A DNA stretch of 64,000 nucleotides from Eledone cirrhosa (Eukaryota): NCBI GenBank assembly GCA_964016885.1, contig OZ024741.1:255998001-256062000 (forward strand). Reading direction: 5' to 3'. Shown here piece after piece: positions 57,001 through 64,000 of this stretch. The position numbers and the translations under genes were made by a program. Numbering within the stretch: position 1 is the stretch's first letter; each line of letters opens with the position of its first letter. The notes under the pieces are model-generated. The model saw only the letters and a list, made by a program, of their open reading frames with translations, was not told the DNA's origin and did no database searches.

Positions 57001-60000
57001 CGAATGTTTTGACTTACGGGTGTTTCGGCTTACGAGTGTTTCGACTTACGATTCTTTCGGCTTACGAGTGTTTCGACTTACTAATGTTTTTACTTACGAG
57101 TGTTTCGGCGTACGAGTGTTTCGACTTACGAGTGTTTCGACTTACGGGTGTTTTGACTTACGGGTGTTTCGGCTTACGAGTGTTTTGACTTACGAGTGTT
57201 TTGACTTAAGGGTGTTTCGACTTACGAGTATTTTTGGCTTACGAGTGTTTCGACTTACGAGTGTTTTGACTTACGAGTGTTCTGATTTACGGATGTTTCG
57301 ACATACGAGTGTTTCGACTTACGAGTGTTTCGACTTACTAATGTTCTTACTTACGAGTGTTTCGGTGTACGAGAGTTTTGACTTACGAGTGTTTCGACTT
57401 ACGAGTGTTTCGACTTACGAGTGTTTTGACTTACGAATGTTTTGACTTACGGGTGTTTCGGCTAACGAGTGTTTCGACTTACGAGTCTTTCGGCTTACGA
57501 GTGTTTCGACTTACTAATGTTTTTACTTACGAGTGTTTCGGCGTACGAGTGTTTCGACTTACGAGTGTTTCGACTTACGGGTGTTTTGACTTACGGGTGT
57601 TTCGGCTTACGAGTGTTTTGACTTACGAGTGTTTTGACTTAAGGTTGTTTCGACTGACGAGTATTTTTGGCTTACGAGTGTTTCCACTTACGAGTGTTTT
57701 GACTTACGAGTGTTCTGATTTACGGATGTTTCGACATACGAGTGTTTCGACTTACGAGTGTTTCGACTTATGAGTGTTTCGACTTACGAGTGTTTCGGCT
57801 TATGAGTGTTTCGACTTACGAGTGCTTCGGCTTACGAGTGTTTCGACTTACGAGTATTTCGGCTTACGAGTGTTTCGACGTACGAATGTTTTGGCTTACG
57901 AGTGTTTCGGCTTATGAGTGTTTCGGCTTACGAGTGTTTCGATTTACGAGTGTTTCGGCTTACGAGTGTTTCAGTGTTTCGGCTTACGTGTGTTTCGACT
58001 TACGATTGTTTCGACTTACGACTGTTTCGGCTTACGAGTGTTTCGGCTTGCGAGTGTTTCGGCTTACGAGTGTTTTGACTTACGAGTGTTTTGACTTACG
58101 ATTGTTTGGCTTACGAGTGTTCTGACTTACGGGTGTTCTGACTTTCGAATGTTCCGACTTACGAGTGTTTCGGCTTATGAGGGTTTCGACTTACGAGTGC
58201 TTCGGCTTACGAGTGTTTCGACTTACGAGTGTTTCGGCTTACGAGTGTTTCGACTTACGAGTGTTTCGACTTACGAGTGTTTCGAATTACGAGTGTTTCG
58301 ACTTACGAGTGTTTTGACTTACGAGTGTTTTGACTTACGGTGTTTCTGCTTACGAGTGTTTCGACTTTCGAGTGTTATGACTTACGGGTGTTTTGACATA
58401 CGAGTGTTTCGACTTACGAGTCTTACGGCTTACGAGTGTTTCGACTTACTAATGTTTTTACTTACGAGTGTTTCGGCGTACGAGTGTTTCGACTTCCGAG
58501 TGTTTCGACTTACAGGTGTTTTGACTTACGGGTGTTTCGGCTTACGAGTGTTTTGACTTACGAGTGTTTTGACTTAAGGGTGTTTCGACTTACGAGTATT
58601 TTTGGCTTACGAGTGTTTCGACTTACGAGTGTTTTGACTTACGAGTGTTCTGATTTACGGATGTTTCGACATACGAGTGTTCTGACTTACGAGTGTTCCG
58701 ACTTACGAGTGTTCCGACTTACGAGTGTTTCGGCTTACGAGTGTTTCCGGCTTACGAGTGTTTCGACTTACGAGTGTTTTGACTTACGGTGTTTCGGCTT
58801 ACGAGTGATTCGACTTACGAGTGTTTTGACTTACGAGTGTTTCGACTTACGAGTGTTTTGACTTACGAATGTTTTGACTTACGGGTGTTTCGGCTTACGA
58901 GTGTTTCGACTTACGAGTGTTTCGGCTTGCGAGTGTTTCGACTTACTAATGTTTTTACTTACGAGTGTTTAGGCGTACGAGTGTTTCGACTTACGAGTGT
59001 TTCGACTTACGGGTGTTTTGACTTACGGGTGTTTCGGCTTACCAGTGTTTCGACTTACGAGTGATTTGACTTAAGGGTGTTTCGACATACGAGTGTTTCG
59101 ACTTACGAGTGTTTCGACTTACGAGTGTTTCGGATTACGAGTGTTTTGACTTCAGGGTGTTTAGACTTACGAGTGTTTCGATACGAGTGTTTCGACTTAC
59201 GAGTGTTCTGACTTACGAGTATTCTGATTTACGGATGTTTCGACACACGAGTGTTTCGAATTACGAGTGTTTCGACTTACGAGTGTTTTGACTTACGGGT
59301 GTTTTGACATACGAGTGTTTCGATACGAGTGTTTCGACTTATGAGTGTTTCGACTTACGAGTGTTCTGACTTACGAGAGTTCTGACTTACGAGTGTTCTG
59401 ATTTACGGATGTTTCGACACACGAGTGTTTCGATACGAGTGTTTCGACTTACGAATGTTTCGACTTATGAGTGTTTCGTCTTACGAGTGTTCTGACTTAT
59501 GAGTGTTCTGACTTACGAGTGTTCCGACTTACGAGTGTTTCGGTTTACGAGTGTTTCGACATACGAGTGTTTTGACTTACGGGTGTTTCGACTTACGGGT
59601 GTTTCGACTTACGAGTGTTTTGGCTTACGAGTGTTTCGACTTACTAATGTTTTTACTTACGAGTGTTTCGGTGTACGAATGTTTTGACTTAAGGATATTT
59701 CGACTTACGAGTGTTTCGACTTACGAGTGTTTCGGCTTACGTGAGTTTCAACTTAAGATTGTTCTGATTTACGAGTGTTCTGACTTACGAGTGTTTCGGC
59801 TTATGAGTGTTTCGACTTACGAGTGTTTCGGCTTACGAGTGTTTCGACTTATGGGTGTTTCGACTTACGAGTGTTTTTACTTACGGTGTTTCGGCTTACG
59901 AGTGTTTCGACATACGAGTGATTTGACTTACGGGTGTTTCGGCTTACGAGTGTTTCGACTTACGAGTGTTTTGACTTACGGGTGTTTCGACTGACGAGTA

Positions 60001-61490
60001 TTTTTGGCTTACGAGTGTTTCGACTTACGATTGTTTTGACTTACGAGTGTTCTGATTTACGGATGTTTCGACATACGAGTGTTTCGACTTACGAGTGTTT
60101 CGACTTACGAGTGTTTTAACTTAAGAATGTTTTGACTTACGGGTGTTTCGGCTTACGAGTGTTTCGACTTACGAGTCTTTCGGCTTACGAGTGTTTCGAC
60201 TTACTAATGTTTTTACTTACGAGTGTTTCGGCGTACGAGTGTTTCGACTTACGAGTGTTTCGACTTACGGGTGTTTTGACTTACGGGTGTTTCGGCTTAC
60301 GAGTGTTTTGACTTACGAGTGTTTTGACTTAAGGGTGTTTCGACTTACGAGTATTTTTGGCTTACGAGTGTTTCGACTTACGAGTGTTTTGACTTACGAG
60401 TGTTCTGATTTACGGATGTTTCGACATACGAGTGTTTCGACTTACGAGTGTTTCGACTTATGACTGTTTCGACTTACGAGTGTTTCGGCTTATGAGTGTT
60501 TCGACTTACGAGTGCTTCGGCTTACGAGTGTTTCGACTTACGAGTATTTCGGCTTTCGAGTGTTTCGACGTAAGAATGTTTTGGCTTACGAGTGTTTCGG
60601 CTTATGAGTGTTTCGGCCTACGAGTGTTTCGACTTACGAGTGTTTCGGCTTACGAGTGTTTCAGTGTTTCGGCTTACGTGTGTTTCGACTTACGAGTGTT
60701 TCGACTTACGACTGTTTCGGCTTACGAGTGTTTCGGCTTACGAGTGTTTCGACTTACGAGTGTTTTGACTTACGAATGTTTTGACTTACGGGTGTTTCGG
60801 CTTACGAGTGTTTCGACTTACGATTCTTTCGGCTTACGAGTGTTTCGACTTACTAATGTTTTTACTTACGAGTGTTTCGGCGTACGAGTGTTTCGACTTA
60901 CGAGTGTTTCGACTTACGGGTGTTTTGACTTACGGGTGTTTCGGCTTACGAGTGTTTTGACTTACGAGTGTTTTGACTTAAGGGTGTTTCGACTTACGAG
61001 TATTTTTGGCTTACGAGTGTTTCGACTTACGAGTGTTTTGACTTACGAGTGTTCTGATTTACGGATGTTTCGACATACGAGTGTTTCGACTTACGAGTGT
61101 TTCGACTTACTAATGTTCTTACTTACGAGTGTTTCGGTGTACGAGAGTTTTGACTTACGATTGTTTCGACTTACGAGTGTTTCGACTTACGAGTGTTTTG
61201 ACTTACGAATGTTTTGACTTACGGGTGTTTCGGCTAACGAGTGTTTCGACTTACGAGTCTTTCGGCTTACGAGTGTTTCGACTTACTAATGTTTTTACTT
61301 ACGAGTGTTTCGGCGTACGAGTGTTTCGACTTACGAGTGTTTCGACTTACGGGTGTTTTGACTTACGGGTGTTTCGGCTTACGAGTGTTTTGACTTACGA
61401 GTGTTTTGACTTAAGGTTGTTTCGACTGACGAGTATTTTTGGCTTACGAGTGTTTCCACTTACGAGTGTTTTGACTTACGAGTGTTCTGA
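51030..61490 (+). repeat. Higher-order ~3x tandem repeat, unit 3,772 bp (middle copy lacks 336 bp); boundaries approximate
   Basis: ORF offsets 51228>55000 (+3772)>58436 (+3436) and 53224>56660 (+3436)>60432 (+3772). The deletion lies near 56350. Confidence 0.88.
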
Positions 61491-63264
61491 CTTACGGGTG
61501 TTCTGACTTTCGAATGTTCCGACTTACGAGTGTTTCGGCTTATGAGGGTTTCGACTTACGAGTGCTTCGGCTTACGAGTGTTTCGACTTACGAGTGTTTC
61601 GGCTTACGAGTGTTTCGACTTACGAGTGTTTCGACTTACGAGTGTTTTGACTTACGGTGTTTCGGCTTACGAGTGTTTCGACATACGAGTGTTTTGACGT
61701 ACGGGTGTTTCGACTTACGGGTCTTTCGACTTAAGAGTGTTTCTACTACCGAGCGCTTCGACTTACGAGTGTTTCGACTTACGAGTGTTTCGGCGTATGA
61801 GTGTTTTGACTTACGAGTGTTTCGACTTACGAGTGTTTCGAATTACGAGTGTTTCGACTTACGAGTGTTTTGACTTACGAGTGTTTTGACTTCGGTGTTT
61901 CTGCTTACGAGTGTTTCGACTTACGAGTGTTATGACTTACGGGTGTTTTCACATACGAGTGTTTCGACTTACGAGTGTTTTGACTTACGGGTGTTTTGAC
62001 ATACGAGTGTTTCGATACGAGTGTTCTGACTTACGAGTGTTCTGACTTACGAGTGTTCTGACTTACGAGTGTTTCGACATACGAGTGTTTTGACTTACGG
62101 GTGTTTCGACTTACGAGTGTTTTCACTTACGAATGTTTTGACTTACGGGTGTTTCGGCTTACGAGTGTTTCGACTTACGAGTGTTTCGGCTTACGAGTGT
62201 TTCGACTTACTAATATTTTTACTTACGAGTGTTTCGGCGTACGAGAGTTTTGACTTACGCGTGTTTCGACTTACGAGTGTTTCGACTTACGAGTATTTTG
62301 ACTTACGAATGTTTTGACTTACGGGTGTTTCGGCTTACGAGTGTTTCGACTTACGAGTCTTTCGGCTTACGAGTGTTTCGACTTACTAATGTTTTTACTT
62401 ACGAGTGTTTCGGCGTACGAGTGTTTCGACTTCCGAGTGTTTCGACTTACGGGTGTTTTGACTGACGGGTGTATCGGCTTACGAGTGTTTTGACTTACGA
62501 GTGTTTTGACTTAAGGGTGTTTCGACTTACGAGTATTTTTGGCTTACGAGTGTTTCGACTTACGAGTGTTTTGACTTACGAGTGTTCTGATTTACGGATG
62601 TTTCGACATACGAGTGTTTCGACTTACGAGTGTTTCGACTTATGAGTGTTTCGACTTACGAGTGTTTCGACTTACGAGTGTTTCGGCTTGTGATTGTTTC
62701 GACTTACGAGTGTTTTGACTTACGGTGTTTCAGCTTACGAGTGTTTCGACTTACGAGTGTTTTGACTTACGGGTGTTTTGACATACGAGTGTTTCGATAC
62801 GAGTGTTCTGACTTACGAGTGTTCTGACTTACGAGTGTTTTGACTTACGAGTGTTCTGACTTACGAGTGTTCCGACTTACGAGTGTTCCGACTTACGAGT
62901 GTTTCGGCTTACGAGTGTTTTGACTTAAGGGTGTTTCGACTTACGAGTGTTTCGATACGAGTGTTTCGACTTACGAGTGTTTCGGCTTACGAGTGTTTCG
63001 ACTTACGAGTGTTTCGACTTACGAGTGTTCCGACTTACGGGTGTTTCGACTTACGAGTGTTTTGGCTTACGGTGTTTCGACTTACGAGTGTTTCGAGTTA
63101 AGAGTGTTTTGACTTACGAGTGTTCTGATTTACGAGTGTTCTGACTTACGAGTGTTCTGACTTACGAGTGTTCTGACTTACGAGTGTTCTGACTTACGAG
63201 TGTTCCGACTTTACGAGTGTTTCGGCTCACGAGTGTTTCGGCTTACGAGTGTTTCGACTTACGA

Positions 63265-63341
63265 AAATAACAAATAGACGCGGTTTCAAATCTCTATGCT
63301 TTTCAAATTCATTACATTAATCTTTATTTATACGTTTCGCT
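63265..63341 (+). repeat. 77-bp interruption, copy 15
   Basis: Majority-type 77-mer. Confidence 0.95.
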
Positions 63342-64000
63342 TTACGAGTGTTTCGACTTACGAGTGTTTCGACATACGAGTGTTTCGACTTACGAATGTT
63401 TTTGCTTACGGGTGTTTCGACTTACGAATGTTTTTGCTTACGAGTGTTTCGGTTTACGAGTGTTCCGACTTACGAGTGTTCCGACTTACGAGTGTTTCGG
63501 CTTACGTGTGTTTCCGGCTTACGAGTGTTTCAACTTACGAGTGTTCTGAATTACGAGTGTTCCGACTTACGAGTGTTTCGGCTTACGAGTGTTTCAGTGT
63601 TTCGGCTTACGTGTGTTTCGACTTACGAGTGTTTCGACTTACGACTGTTTCGGCTTACGAGTGTTTCGGCTTACGAGTGTTTTGGCTTACGAGTGTTTTG
63701 ACTTACGATTGTTTGGCTTACGAGTGTTCTGACTTACGGGTGTTCTGACTTACGAGTGTTTCGACTTACGAGTGTTTCGGCGTATGAGTGTTTTGACTTA
63801 CGAGTGTTTCGACTTACGAGTGTTTCGACTTACGAGTGTTTCGAATTACGAGTGTTTCGACTTACGAGTGTTTTGACTTACGAGTGTTTTGACTTACGGT
63901 GTTTCTGCTTACGAGTGTTTCGACTTTCGAGTGTTATGACTTACGGGTGTTTTGACATACGAGTGTTTCGACTTACGAGTCTTACGGCTTACGAGTGTTT

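Larger units (their letters stand above)
1..64000 (+). repeat. Satellite DNA array, 16-bp monomer GACTTACGAGTGTTTC, head-to-tail, extends beyond both window edges
   Basis: The monomer is readable on every line. Common variants are TTTTGAC, TTCTGAC, TTCCGAC, TTCGGC, ACGGGTG, ACGAATG, TATGAG and GACATACG. Length variants are 14 bp (GATACGAGTGTTTC), 15 bp (GACTTACGGTGTTTC), 17 bp (GACTTTACG, GTTTCCGG, GTATTTTTGG) and an 8-bp half unit (GTTTCAGTGTTTC). I saw no inverted monomers. Confidence 0.99.

Noticed and set aside
16-63748. About 300 + strand ORFs of 60-295 aa (LRVFRLTSVSTYECFD repeats)
   Set aside because: A direct consequence of a stop-free 16-bp monomer. The same peptide appears in all three frames, ORFs overlap, most start at GTG/TTG and end at TGA created by CG>TG variants, and frameshifting 14/15/17-bp monomers are tolerated.
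1-64000. CRISPR array
   Set aside because: The repeats abut with no unique spacers, the interruptions are near-identical to each other, and there are no cas genes or leader.
1-64000. Telomeric repeat (G/T-rich strand; GGGTGT, GGTGT and ACGGATGT variants recall budding-yeast telomere words)
   Set aside because: Those words occur only in minority variants. Heritable variant patterns copied in multi-kb blocks, internal inserts and a length over 64 kb indicate recombinational satellite evolution, not telomerase synthesis. A subtelomeric or recombination-maintained terminal location cannot be excluded.
1-64000. Single regular higher-order repeat period across the window
   Set aside because: Offsets between homologous blocks are heterogeneous (454 to ~58,000 bp) and insert spacing is irregular.

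Overview
The whole 64-kb window is one head-to-tail satellite (tandem-repeat) array. It has a 16-bp monomer, consensus GACTTACGAGTGTTTC, in roughly 3,900-4,000 copies judged from length, all in one orientation. I see no credible gene, RNA gene, CRISPR array or intact mobile element. The ORF track is an artefact: the + strand consensus has no stop codon, so three monomers (48 bp) read as LRVFRLTSVSTYECFD in every frame, while the - strand has a TAA in every monomer. The only non-monomer sequence is a 77-bp AT-rich interruption present in 15 copies, always in the same orientation and always behind the same rare variant monomers. Recurrent variant monomers reveal an irregular, nested higher-order structure. 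It includes tandem duplications of 454, 2,923 and 5,734 bp, an inferred 6,892-bp duplication that was later modified, a ~3.77-kb triplication, and dispersed multi-kb copies offset by 8.5, 35.7, 42.4 and ~58 kb. The overall picture fits eukaryotic (peri)centromeric or heterochromatic satellite DNA. Organism and function cannot be determined from this sequence alone.
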